From assembly GCA_010093605.1 (NCBI GenBank), contig MU004195.1, positions 1,131,566 through 1,195,565 of the forward strand: a stretch of DNA of 64,000 nt. Reading direction: 5' to 3'. The notes beneath the pieces were generated by a model. That model saw only the letters and a program-made list of their open reading frames with translations. It was not told where the DNA came from and made no database searches. Both the position numbers and the translations under genes were made by a program. Position 1 is the first letter of the stretch. Each line of letters opens with the position of its first letter. This document shows positions 13,608 through 25,577 of this stretch, piece after piece. This DNA is from Lophium mytilinum (Eukaryota).

Positions 13608-15356
13608 GTCCAACTCCCACCCACCATTGAGTCTCGTTATTGGACGTATTGATCGACCACTCCGCCCCAGCCACATGGTCTTTTCGTAGCTGAGGCCGCG
13701 GAAGACGACAGTACGCCTCTAGCTGACAGAAGGCCTGGTTAGATCCGCTGGCCGCTCCCATACAGTCTCAATACAGAAGTGTTGTTCTCTCGATGGCTAT
13801 GTCCATAATTTGTATTCATAACAATTTACTGTTAAATTGCCTGCTGCACACGCGTTTTCAAGTCCGCCAACTTCATCGAAGCTGGGTAGGATAGGTTTTA
13901 GCAAAGGCACGACTCCGCACTCGCCATGGATAGTGCCATCCGGGTAATAGTGTTGATCGACTACTCCGCTCCAGCCATAGCAGCTTAGGAAGCCAAGTTT
14001 CGAGTCCGCCAATTCAATCCATGCTTAAGAGTACTAAGTAAGATATTGGAAAACTGCCCGACTCCACCCACCATGCCCCCACTTGAGGCATGGTGATTGA
14101 ACAACGACTCGGCCCCAGCCATAACACCTCTGTAGACCTGATTTCCAGTCCGCCAACATCATGAAAGTAACTCTGGCAGATTTTGGCAAAGTCCCAGCTC
14201 TGCACGCCCCATGATTTGGTATGATAGGGATATTAGCATTGAACAGCGACTCCGCCCCAGCCATACGTTTCCTGTGTTAGTAGTTTCAAATCCGCCAACA
14301 CCATAAGTGTTTTTTGAGAACGATTGTAACAGAGGTCCAACTCGGCACCCACCATGTCATGTGGGGTGCCATAGCTTGAATGCACCACTCCACCCCACCC
14401 TCCATCGTGGAAGCAAAATGGGCATTTGAATCACTGCTCGTCCCCAGCCATCAGACGTTCGTAGACCGAGTTTCAAGTCCGCCAACTTCATCGCAGCCAG
14501 ATCGGGTAGTGTTTGCAAAGGCACGACTCCGCACACACCATGAATTCGATCCTTTCTTTGTTTTTGATGAGCCACTCCACCCCAGCCGTGTGTGGGATCA
14601 AGTTTTTAAGTCCGCCAGTTCCATATTGGTGCCCTCATACTGATGCTTCAAGGCTCCCTTTGGTAGAGGTCCAACTCTGTACCCATAACCAGCATAATTT
14701 TTATTTATTTGATGCACCACTCCACCCCACCCTCCATGGCACAGGGTGAGTATGTGTAGTTGGACCACTACTCGTCCCCAGCCATACCACCAGGCCAAAG
14801 CCAGTTTTCAAGTCCGCCAACTTCATAAGTGTTGAAGCGGGCAAAGTTTGACAAAGACACCGCTCCGCACACACCATGATGTAAATCGGTGTGACGTTTT
14901 TGATCTGCCACTCCGCCCCAGCCATGAAGGCCTTGCATGTGATGATTAAAGCGGCCAGCTTCATGTATTGCAGTCAGAATTGATTTGTACCCATTCCGGG
15001 TATTCATGGATGAAACACGGAGGCACCGCTCCACAGCACCCATGTCTCGTGGCTCACTGGGGTTCTTCAGTCCACTGCTCCTCTCGGTTCACCACATGAC
15101 CCATTAGCTGAAGGAGTTTGATGCACCACTCCAGGCCAGCCTCCGTGAACGGAGGATGGAAGATGGGCTTTTAGACCACGACTCGTCTCCACGCACCATT
15201 GACGAGTCAACGGCATGGTTTGATTCACCACTCAACCCACTCTCCATGGCAAGGGAGGGATCAGTCTGCTTTTAGACCACACTTCCTCCCCACCCACCAC
15301 CCATGGTTAGATTGTGCTGATGGTGCGTTTTTGATCCACCACCCCTCCCCACCCAT
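13608..15356. repeat. Degenerate non-coding array of ~30 related cores (consensus ~acTCCGCCccAgCCAT) with variable spacers; ~142 bp and ~334 bp higher-order periods
   Basis: TTTCAAGTCCGCCAACTTCAT is identical at 13856, 14471 and 14806. GCAAAGGCACGACTCCGCAC is at 13901 and 14515. ATGCACCACTCCACCCCACCCTCCAT is at 14380 and 14712. CTCGTCCCCAGCCAT is at 14437 and 14771. ACTCCGCCCCAGCCA is at 13659, 14249 and 14910. Confidence 0.9.
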
Positions 15357-15416
15357 CGCTTCCATCCTCTCGCCTTTTGTCGCCGCAGTCCCCCACCCAC
15401 CATCGTATCCATCTCT

Positions 15417-16007
15417 CTACATCTTCAAAGCCCTAAACTCCAAAGTCCCCGGGTCCATTCTTCTTGAACTCTTCTTTTGCTTGCTCACTTGATCAACCCA
15501 ACTCTCCCCACCACCTCCCTCTGCAGAACCAAATTTCTCGGGGGGCCGCCTTTCTCTTATACCTCCCGCCACCCTCGAAAGGACGCCGCTGACTAACCGC
15601 TTCACGTGTCTATTCGGCCCGGTATTGTCCTATCTATGCCTGCTTTGATGGAAGGGGAGGGGGAAGGGGAGGGCTGTGTGACGCGCGCCTCGTCAGGCTC
15701 CGAGGGAGGTTACACGAATGCGGTCGAGGGGAGGGGTGTGATAGGGTGGAGGTGCTGCGGTGAGCACGTGGTGAGATTCCGCATCGGAAAGTTGAGGGAG
15801 GAGCCGGTGGTCGGAGGGGGGCGCGGTGATGGGGAAGTCGATGGGATTGGCTGGGAGGGAGGGACTCGGAGGAGGGGGTGGTCAGGAGGGCGGGTTTGAG
15901 GGGCGAGTGACGGTGTTGATGATGCCGGTGCCCGTGCTTCTAGCAACGCGAGGTAGTATTCGTTGTACTCGGGGCCTTTGCTTCCGAGAGCGTGTGAGGA
16001 TGTTCAT
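15417..16007 (-). pseudogene. Possible Pro-rich gene relic with three in-frame stops
   Basis: ATG 16007 is in frame with ORF 15417-15605. The 197-codon frame reads MNILTRSRKQRP..PPS*PPPPPSPSLPANPIDFP..LGA*RG..HR*DNTG..KM*. It has the same 5' C-rich / 3' G-rich skew as intact genes in this window. Confidence 0.3.
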
Positions 16008-16618
16008 GATGCGTGATGGCTGTGCTGTGTGGTAATTGGTCAATTGGTCGGAAGAAGGGGGAACGGAGCTGTCGCGGTGAGAGTTTAGGAAATTTTATGA
16101 CCTTCATGCTTCGGGCGACATGTGATAGCAGGCTTGAAGTCGACGCTGTGTGATGCTAATTGGAGAAAGAAGACAGATATGGCTGCTAATTTGGGCGCGA
16201 GCGTTGTTGTGCAACTCAATGTCTAAGCATGCACTGGCATGTGAGCGTATAGAGAGCATCTGACGTCCTTAGTGCGTGCAGGCTGAAGGTATTTTGCGGA
16301 AATGAACGAGCCCAGAGAATTGAGAGCACGATATTGAGATATCCAAGCTTAGAGTGGCATGTGAGTATATTGCTAGCGCCTGACATAGAGGCTATGTTGT
16401 TCAGAGCGGGGAGGCAGAAGAGCAGAACACGCACGCAGAAGAGAGCAGCAATACTCCAAAAAGCCTCTAAAATTCTGTACACAGGCTGACTAATATGACA
16501 AAGGCCACTCAGGGGTGTGTGCCTGCGCTGGATCCCACCTTTGATACACGCATCACCAGAAGGGCAGTTGACGGTAGGAAAGTGTGCATGTGTGCTGCTA
16601 AAATCCACCAATACTGCT

Positions 16619-17383
16619 CTACTCGTCGTCCTCGTCAAATTGGCCCTTGGGACCGGGTTTGCTTTGGACGAGCATGCCCTTGTAGCCGGTGATGGGTTCG
16701 GATCCTTGTGCCTGGAGGAAATTAGTCCATGGTTTCGTGTGTATTGTCGCATTGACCGGATAGATCGCACCTTGAGGTACTCCTCTGATGCCTCTTGCCA
16801 CTCCTTGGTCATGGTCCGCGGTGCGTCTCCGCTAGCGAGTTGTCGAGTGCCCCAGAAGAGGACGCCGGCCGCAAAGACACCGATAAATGTGTAGAGAACG
16901 ACCTTGGTGGTCTCGCCGGGTGGCGGAAGAGCGCGAGGACCGTGGGGGCCAAAGGCGATCCAGTAGGCTGTTGAATGGTGAGTTTCGATATTCCTGTCTC
17001 TGGACATGTAGTTGCCGAAGCTGCAGGCATCAGGACATCAAAAATGACGCCCCGCCCCCACAACCATCCGCATCTCCCCAATGCCTCTGGAAATTATAGT
17101 ACGCACCAGCCTTCTTCTCCTGCAGAGTTAACTCGTTCCAGTCGACCTTCATCCGGTCCCTAAGCGTCATCCACAAATCGGCCTGCTCCTGCGGCGGCAT
17201 GTCCTCCCATCGCTTCTCGATGTTGGCGAGCGTCGGGTTCGAGACGGCGTGGGCCTGGCGAGCCTGCTGCTTGATGCACACAATAGAGGCAGGGCGCGAG
17301 AACCGCGCGGCTTGACGTATCGCGGTCGATGGGATGAGGGCAGCCGAGCTTGTCGAAGCTCGGATGAGCGAGGAGCGCAGCAT
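16619..17383 (-). CDS. COX5: Cytochrome c oxidase subunit V (COX4/COX5 family), 3 exons
   Basis: Mitochondrial presequence MLRSSLIRAS.. and motifs NPTLANIEKRWEDMP, ELTLQEKKAAYWIAFGPHGPR, PRTMTKEWQEASEEYLK and PITGY. Introns 17106-16968 and 16770-16712. Confidence 0.95.
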
Positions 17384-17553
17384 AGCGGGCGAGGGAGTGG
17401 AAAAGAGGCAGAGACAATCTAAAGGAAGGGAGGTCGGGCCGGTCGCGGGCACTGCTGGTACCAATTGATGTCGGTAGACGTGGTGTTGGGGTTCAGGAGG
17501 GCGAGGTGAGGTCAGTTCGAGGGAAAGCCGGCACCTTGGCAAAAAATGGAGCT

Positions 17554-17600
17554 GTCACGTGATCTTTTTCATCGAACCACCAGGAACTGCCTCCACCAAT
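17554..17600. promoter_or_regulatory. Candidate COX5 promoter elements: GTCACGTGA (Cbf1/bHLH E-box) and CCAAT box
   Basis: GTCACGTGA at 17554-17562 and CCAAT at 17596-17600, 170-215 bp upstream of the COX5 ATG. HAP/CCAAT control of respiratory genes is established in fungi; function here is inferred. Confidence 0.4.
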
Positions 17601-18907
17601 CAGGGGCGGGAGATTGCTCAAATTCTCCATTTCTTTTCAGCTCGGCAGTGTCGCAAGGCAGTAGGCGCGGTCTCGCGATCAGAGGAGGCATAGCAGTGAT
17701 GAGAGCGGCTCTTGAGCAACAGGAGCGGGCACAATTCACTCGGGGAGTCAAAACCATATAGCTGGAAGAAAAGCATGACTGAAAGCTGCTCAAACACCCT
17801 CGCTCCACAGCTCCACCCCATTCGCTGGGCTGCGAGGGCTGCGATGGAGCTCGGGCCGGCCAATCGGCATGCCGCAATTTGGGAGTGGAGTCTGACGCAA
17901 CTTGGCCCTCAGCCTTGCGCATTCTCCCAGCGGTAGCAGCCTCATCCCAACGTCTCACGAGCAGCCCTACCGACATCACGAGATCCGACGCAGGTACTGT
18001 GCTGAGCACTCTCGGTCGCCGCCCGTCGTGTGACAAAGGCGGTGATGACCACTCCCCAGCTCGCCGCGGCCATATCAACCCTCCCGGCCGCGGACAGGCC
18101 AGTCCCTCGCAGCGATGCAGTAACACCCACTTGGCGCGAGGGTTTTGTTTCTGCACGCCCGTTTGCTTCTTCAGCAACCCCGTGTGGTCTGCCTCTCCGC
18201 TGACCGGCCTCGCCCACCGAACTGCTGCGGCAATATCTCATCTTCGCCTTCGCATCCCACGCATGCGACGTTGCTTTCGATCAGGCGACGCGCGAGGGCC
18301 GACTGCGTAATGCTGAGCTGATATCAGTCTGCTCGCGCGGCCGTGGACGTCCTAGCTGCCGCGTCCATCGTACGGCTTGGTGGGGAGTCCGGCGCTGCAG
18401 TTGAAGGGATACACGGTTCGGGGACGATGAATATGTACAATGATATATACACTTCCGGCAGCAGAGGGCTCGGGAATGCAGTCATTAAGAGCACAGCGGT
18501 CCGGAATGTTTCCCGGGTGAAGTCGGCATCGTGGACAGCACCACGCTCGTCCGAGGATGAAGGACAGCTTCAGCGACGCGGCCGGAAGGGCGGGCAGCCT
18601 GTGCAGAGTAGTGCTACTTTTGCCGTGTTCCAGGCGCAGATTAGCTCTATCTGCTCAAGCTTTGGTGCTTTTTCCTGCACGTTGTTTTGCAGTGATCCTA
18701 TGTGGAACTACTGCCCCGCCATTTCTCGAGCTATTAAACCGACACCCCGCCCAACAACTTCTCTCATCCTGCCTCCTCCCATCCACCATCCCAATTGCAC
18801 TCCCAAACACACTTCATCCTCCCAGATACCCTTTCTATAAGTACGCTCACCTACACCTTCCTTCTTTCTAAATCTAACAGCTCCCGCAGCCCATTTCCAT
18901 AGCCATC

Positions 18908-20224
<1,317 letters not shown>

Positions 20225-21054
20225 TGATTAAACCCCAAACCTCTGAATCCAATTCTCCAAGCTCGAGTCTGCTTGCGGGGGGCGTGTGTGTGAGAAGGCG
20301 AGTGAGTGAGTGACGAAAGGAAACCTAGCGTTTGTGATGTTGCCAGCTTTCTTCTTCTTACTGCTGCCCCCCTTTCAAATCACCAGCCGCCCGAACCCTT
20401 CTTCCTCTTCTTCTTCAGGCCACGGAACGAAACGAAAATGTGATACATAGGATTAAATTACGACCCCAGAAAAGAGCGGTGTATAGACAAATTGATACCC
20501 TCTTTCATCACCTTGCCGTCCCAGTGCGTGCGAACCTTGCGTCTTCAAATCAACTTTCTTCGTCGTGGTTCCTCTTGTGTTCTTGTTTACCGTCAACAGC
20601 CGAGCAGCCCCATCTAACGTTCGCTCGACTCGCGTCGGCACGTGCAACAAGAGATCGCCCGCCCACGAACCCCGGATTCTCCCCCGCCAAACCACCGCGT
20701 TATCTAGCGCCCGCGACTCGCCTTGGGCGTTAAGCTCGGTCCGAAGGAGGACTGATTTGCTAATTGCTATGCTTACTGCCTGGGTACGTACTTCCGAGAC
20801 TGCTGGCTACTGCACCTGGCGTGCCGGATCTCGGAATATGTCGCGTGCGGTGGGTAGGGGTTTGAGCTGTGCCACTGGAAGCTTCTTATTGGGTATCTTG
20901 TGGCCTAGGTATGTCCCTCGATTAGATACAGAGGTGGCTCAAGTATTCCGACTTTAAACCTATGCTAAACGCCTGAACGCCTATTCTCCTGTCGTCCATT
21001 CTTTCCGTATCCTAACCCCTCAACCGCTATTCCTCTTCTCCTCTCGCTCTCACA

Positions 21055-21459
21055 TCAATCCCTCTTCCCCTTCCCCTGCACCGCCCTCCTCATCCTCTCC
21101 GCCCTCTGCTCCTCCTCCCGCCGCTCCTTCTCCGCTCTTGCTGCATCCCGCTCTTTCCACCGCTGCACTCTCGCTTTCGCAGCGCATAAGGGGCATTTCC
21201 GGTTCGGCAGCAGAACCTTCTGCTGCGCATTAGCGCTGCAGAGCATTGGCGGATCCGAGAACTTGAGCGCCGCCTCGCAGTACCGCCGGACGGGGTAGAC
21301 GTGCGCGCAGGCGTAGACGGGGGTGACGGTGTGGCAGATTGGGGGATCGCAGATTCTTCCGTGTTTGGAGGAGGTACGAACTGAAGCAGAGGTAGGAGCT
21401 GGTGGAGAGGGAGGGGTGCGGTGCGGTGGGGAGTGGGTGAGGGATGGTAGGGTGGTCAT
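21055..21459 (-). CDS. Small hypothetical protein with Cys/His motif (C-x7-CxH...C...C...CPLC) and charged C-terminal helix
   Basis: 134 aa ORF containing ICHTVTPVYACAH..YC..LC..KCPLC. Resembles small fungal MC-x(n)-Y-x-CGH zinc-binding proteins. Confidence 0.5.
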   Translation of the reverse strand: MTTLPSLTHSPPHRTPPSPPAPTSASVRTSSKHGRICDPPICHTVTPVYACAHVYPVRRYCEAALKFSDPPMLCSANAQQKVLLPNRKCPLCAAKARVQRWKERDAARAEKERREEEQRAERMRRAVQGKGKRD

Positions 21460-21785
21460 GGTTGATCGATGTTGATAGCTGAGGCTCTTGGTAGGATCTG
21501 CGAGCTTTGATAGAGGGGTGGGTTAGGGGAGGTTCAGGGAGGTGAGTGTGTTCTGGTTCTTTGTTGGAGAGTGAGACATGGAAATGACGGTGGTGGTGAG
21601 TCTGGGATGCACGGGTTGCGGGTAGGAGCTGGCGGCCAGCGCATTGGAAGCGGGTGGTCGATGCGGTTGAGGGGTCTCCTGGAGGCCATGTACCTGCGAG
21701 CAATATGTTAGCAATAGCCACATATGAAGTTTGAAATTGTGATCTCACAAGTGGGGATCTCCAACCGCGATCTTAAGATACTTTC

Positions 21786-22843
21786 TTAAAATACCTCTTC
21801 AGTCACCCTCCTCCCATACCACCCACTCAACTCATCTCCCTCCGTCTCCTCATCCCTCCCGACAAAGAAGTCCGTCATCTTCATCTCATCCACCTCACCC
21901 TCCACCGGCCACTCCACCTTCAACGGCGCCCCCTTCGCCTCCAACAGCTCCTTCGCCGTCCCCCAGCTAAACCGCGTCTCGCTCCCCCACCCAAACACCG
22001 GATCCATACTCCTCTTCAACCACCCACTACACCTCGCGTCACTCGGATACCCACTCCCCCACCCCCCCTCCCCTCCCGCCCCCACCACCGCCTCCGCACA
22101 CACCTCCAACGCCGCATCCCGCGTCACCTTCGCGCAAACACTCGCCGCCGACACACAGGGATACAACGAATCCGCCTTCTTCGCCACCGTGATCTGCACC
22201 GTCGGGAAAATCCTCTCCAACTTCCGCTGATACACAACGGGCGACCCGATGGTGTCGATGTAGATCTGGGTTACGTTGACGCCCTGCGCGAGCACGTTCT
22301 TGATGAGCTCGATGGTCGCGTCCATGGCTTGCGCGTTGAGGTTGTACGCGGAGGTGGGCTGCAGCATGCCGGCGGCGATGTCGCGCGCGGACATGACTTT
22401 GGTCGCCCAGCCGCAGCTGGCGTGGAGGTCTGTCGAGGCGGTGCAGAGGGTGCGCATGAGGGAGGAGCGGACGGCGGGGGTGAGGACTTTGGAGTCGTCG
22501 AAGTGGTGGGCTGTTGCGAGGAGGGAGGTGTGGAGGGGGAGGGGGAGGTAGAGGAGGCCGTAGACCATGGGGCCTGGGGGGTGGTGTTAGTTTGGGGGGT
22601 GGTTGGGAGGAGGAGGGGTGGGGTACCGAGAACGGGTCCTCGGCCTGCTTCGTCGACGCCGAGGACGCATTCGGTGGACATGTCGGCGGATATTAAGGAG
22701 GGGATGGGGGAGTAGTGGGCGTAGGAGCGGCCGGCGAGGACGTCGGGTTTGTGGATGGAGGGGGCTATGAAGACGGCGTCGGGGGGTGTTTCTGCCTCGA
22801 TGTCGGCGCTGGTCATGACGGTGTCTTCCATTGTTTCGGCCAT
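21786..22843 (-). CDS. RNH201: Ribonuclease H2 catalytic subunit A, 2 exons
   Basis: GVDEAGRGPVLGPMVY (across intron 22626-22574), DDSKVLT, IYIDTIG, KADSLYPCVSAASVCAKVTRD, GSGYPSD and RFSWGT. Confidence 0.95.
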
Positions 22844-22906
22844 GGTTGTGGTGTTGTAATTGAGTGTGAGGTTGTCGTATGGTGGTTGAGGTCGAGAAGT
22901 TGGGAG

Positions 22907-22924
22907 ACGCGACGTGAGACGCGT
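22907..22924. promoter_or_regulatory. Tandem MCB-like (MluI cell-cycle box) sites upstream of RNH201
   Basis: ACGCGA 22907-22912 and ACGCGT 22919-22924, 65-80 bp upstream of the ATG of a replication-associated gene. Confidence 0.45.
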
Positions 22925-23293
22925 CCGGCAATTGATAGCTTTGGTCGGAAATGTCGAAATGGAAGGTTTTGCCGCGATCTTCGTCTGTGGACCCTTTACA
23001 ACCTCAGTCTCGCTTCCCGCTGCACCTCTTTGCCAATGAAAGAAGCCGATCTTGGAGATCACAGACTTGCGATGCAGATGTATGCAGATGATGCACCCTG
23101 TTCTCGATAACAATTGTCCCCGGTGCTAGTTAGCATGGGACTAGGTTACGCCTCAATCAGTTCATGACTCTAGCCACACCCTCGCCACTATGCTTTTATC
23201 ACGTTGGCCTCTTGGCGGCCCTTTTACTCCTTTTAATGTCCTCTTCGTACGAACCCTGTCGTTTCAAACCACTCCTTCCATTGTCTAGCTATC

Positions 23294-24315
23294 ATGTTCA
23301 AATTTATCAAAGAGAAGCGCCAGGAGCGCGGCCGTTCACCGCGCGAAAGAATGGCCGCATCCTTCACACGTCCACCGCGTGAGCGATCTCTGAGCATCCC
23401 CCTCCCGCCCCCGACTCTTCTTGCGCGGCGCAAGCAGAAGACGAATACCCAGATGCAGTCGGCACTGTTTAGCAAGCTACCAGCCGAGATTAGAAAGATA
23501 ATATGGGAATACGCGATTGCGGACGACGACAAGCAGATACACATCCTACAGTACAAGAAGCGGCTACGCAACATGCCCTGTAGCTACCACCGCGGAGAGC
23601 AGCCATCAGTCTACACCGGGTTTCATAAATGCGCGGGATATGAGGGGAACTACGGGAATGCGCTTGAGGTGCAACCGGGCGCACAATTATCCCCTTTGGT
23701 CAAGACTTGTAGGCAGATGTAGGTTCTATCACCAATTGACAAATATTGAAGCTGGAGCTTGGTAACATTTACTGACGTATGTGTAGATATACCGAAGCAA
23801 TCGACATCCTCTATTCCCACACCTCCTTTCGCATCGAGCATCTGGATACCCTCACATATTTCTCCACATTCGTCCTCCCACACCATTTCAACCGCATCAC
23901 GACGCTGCGTCTCCTGTGGTTCTTCCACATCGACATCTTCGAAGACCTCCCCAACCCCACCAAGCCGCCGCACGACCTCGCAACCTGGCAGCAGACATGC
24001 GATATCCTGGCCGGGATGGAAGGGCTGGTCGATCTGGACATCGAATTAAGCACCGAGACTAGCTACTTCAAGAAGGTTTCTTCTAGAGTGCGACTATTGC
24101 AGTCTATGAAGGACATCAAGCCTAAGGGCCGGTTCGACGTCACAGCTTGGGCGCCGTGGCCCTGGTTATGGTTTACTCAAAAAGAAGAAGAGGATGATAT
24201 GGAGGGGGTGCAGGCCCTCTTTAGTATCCTCTATCCCGATCTTGGAGGATTGCAGTTGGAGGGGATGCCGTTTCGGATTGTGGATGCCAAGTTTTATTTT
24301 CCTTCTGGTGTATAA
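23294..24315 (+). CDS. F-box-like/DUF7730-type hypothetical protein (paralog 1), 2 exons
   Basis: QMQSALFSKLPAEIRKIIWEY motif. Intron 23719-23786 gives TCRQIYTEAIDILYSHTSF. Later W..L.GMEGLVDLDIEL. Confidence 0.8.
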
Positions 24316-25577
24316 CACGAATTTCAAGAACGGTACAATTTCTGAGCGGTTGGTTATTTCGAAGACGATCTATCTTCTTGCATTGTAGTCCTAGATGTGC
24401 TTATAGATGTCTGCAAAGCGCTGACTTCTTCGAGCCTTTTAGTGTTGATTGTCCAGACGTTGGCGATCCGTGGCGATCTTGTATATGGGAAAGGATCATT
24501 CGCAGGTATCATGACATTTGCCGTACTTTATCGCTCCTGTGCTCGCCAACTGACGATCTATTCTGCTCGAATCGAACCTATCCATATTTATTTCACCATA
24601 TAAAGATACCTTTGCTTACTAGGGTTTAAGATTCGTAACTCATTCCTATCAGACATTCAAAATCCTTGCAGCTTCTCTTAGCCACCACTTCTCGCATCAA
24701 GTCTTGATATATTTGTATTCCAGATAGCTCCCCGTTCCTAGCAAGCAAAGCTGCCTGCCAAGCTGAAAGATGACCAAGATATCTTAAATTCAGAACGCAA
24801 GAGCGCTCGCCATTCACACCGTGCATCTTTCTACGTCCATCGCATCGCCAACATCCTCAATATCCAGCACCCCAGCTTATATCAGTACGCCCCCTACCCT
24901 ATTGTCACTATTGTCTCCGCTGACATCCCAAAGTCCTGCACTTATCAGGTACTGACACAATTATATCAAATTGTGAAGTTCTTGCTCTCTCTCCCTCGCC
25001 GCTGCTTTCCTCACTATCTCAGGGCAGAGCTTAGGTATGGCGTGCGCTGAGTGGTAGGCCGCAGTCTCTGCTTCTTGAATTCTATGCGTTTGTGAAGTGA
25101 ATCATACAGTTCACTTCTCGAAGCTCACTGCTTTTGGGTTCACTCTCCTTAAGTCACTTCCTTCGATCCATTCCCCTTGGTTCACTCCCCACGAACCAGC
25201 CTCCCTCAACCCAATACTCTTACAACCCCCCTCCCCAGTTCAACCCTCCCAGCTCAACTCCTCCATTCGCTCCTCCTCGTAGCAAAAGTCACGTTAGGCA
25301 GCAATCTTCCAGCATCTACACATGAGTCTCGACACTTCGTGCGGCTACCTAGGAGGTCAGCTGGGCATCTGCGAACTCGTTGCTTGATTATTGTGTAAAT
25401 TGAAAGGATGTATCCATGAAAGAGAGTGTTTGTGCACCGGTACTCTTAGATTGAAAGAATACGCGTATGTATACACGGGCTATGCGCGATCGTTATTTAT
25501 GAAAGTAGCTATCCACGAAGGTTCATTTTTCCAGTACCAGTTTACGAGCGACTATTGAGCCCGTTGACTCTCTAGTC

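Noticed and set aside
13797..15043. Short ORFs over the array as an ankyrin/His-repeat protein (APLHPTLH, LRTHH, YGWGGV)
   Set aside because: Core spacings of 40, 50, 52, 46, 35 and 41 bp break frame repeatedly, and there is no full ankyrin consensus. Kept only as an alternative relic hypothesis.
13608..15356. Calling the array a CRISPR locus
   Set aside because: The context is eukaryotic and intron-containing with no cas genes. The repeats are four alternating non-palindromic variants, and some spacers retain mutual similarity (e.g. GTAGACC before core A).
17569..18871. ORFs of 100-200 aa between COX5 and gpd
   Set aside because: This is a GC-rich divergent promoter region; the ORFs show no codon bias or motifs.
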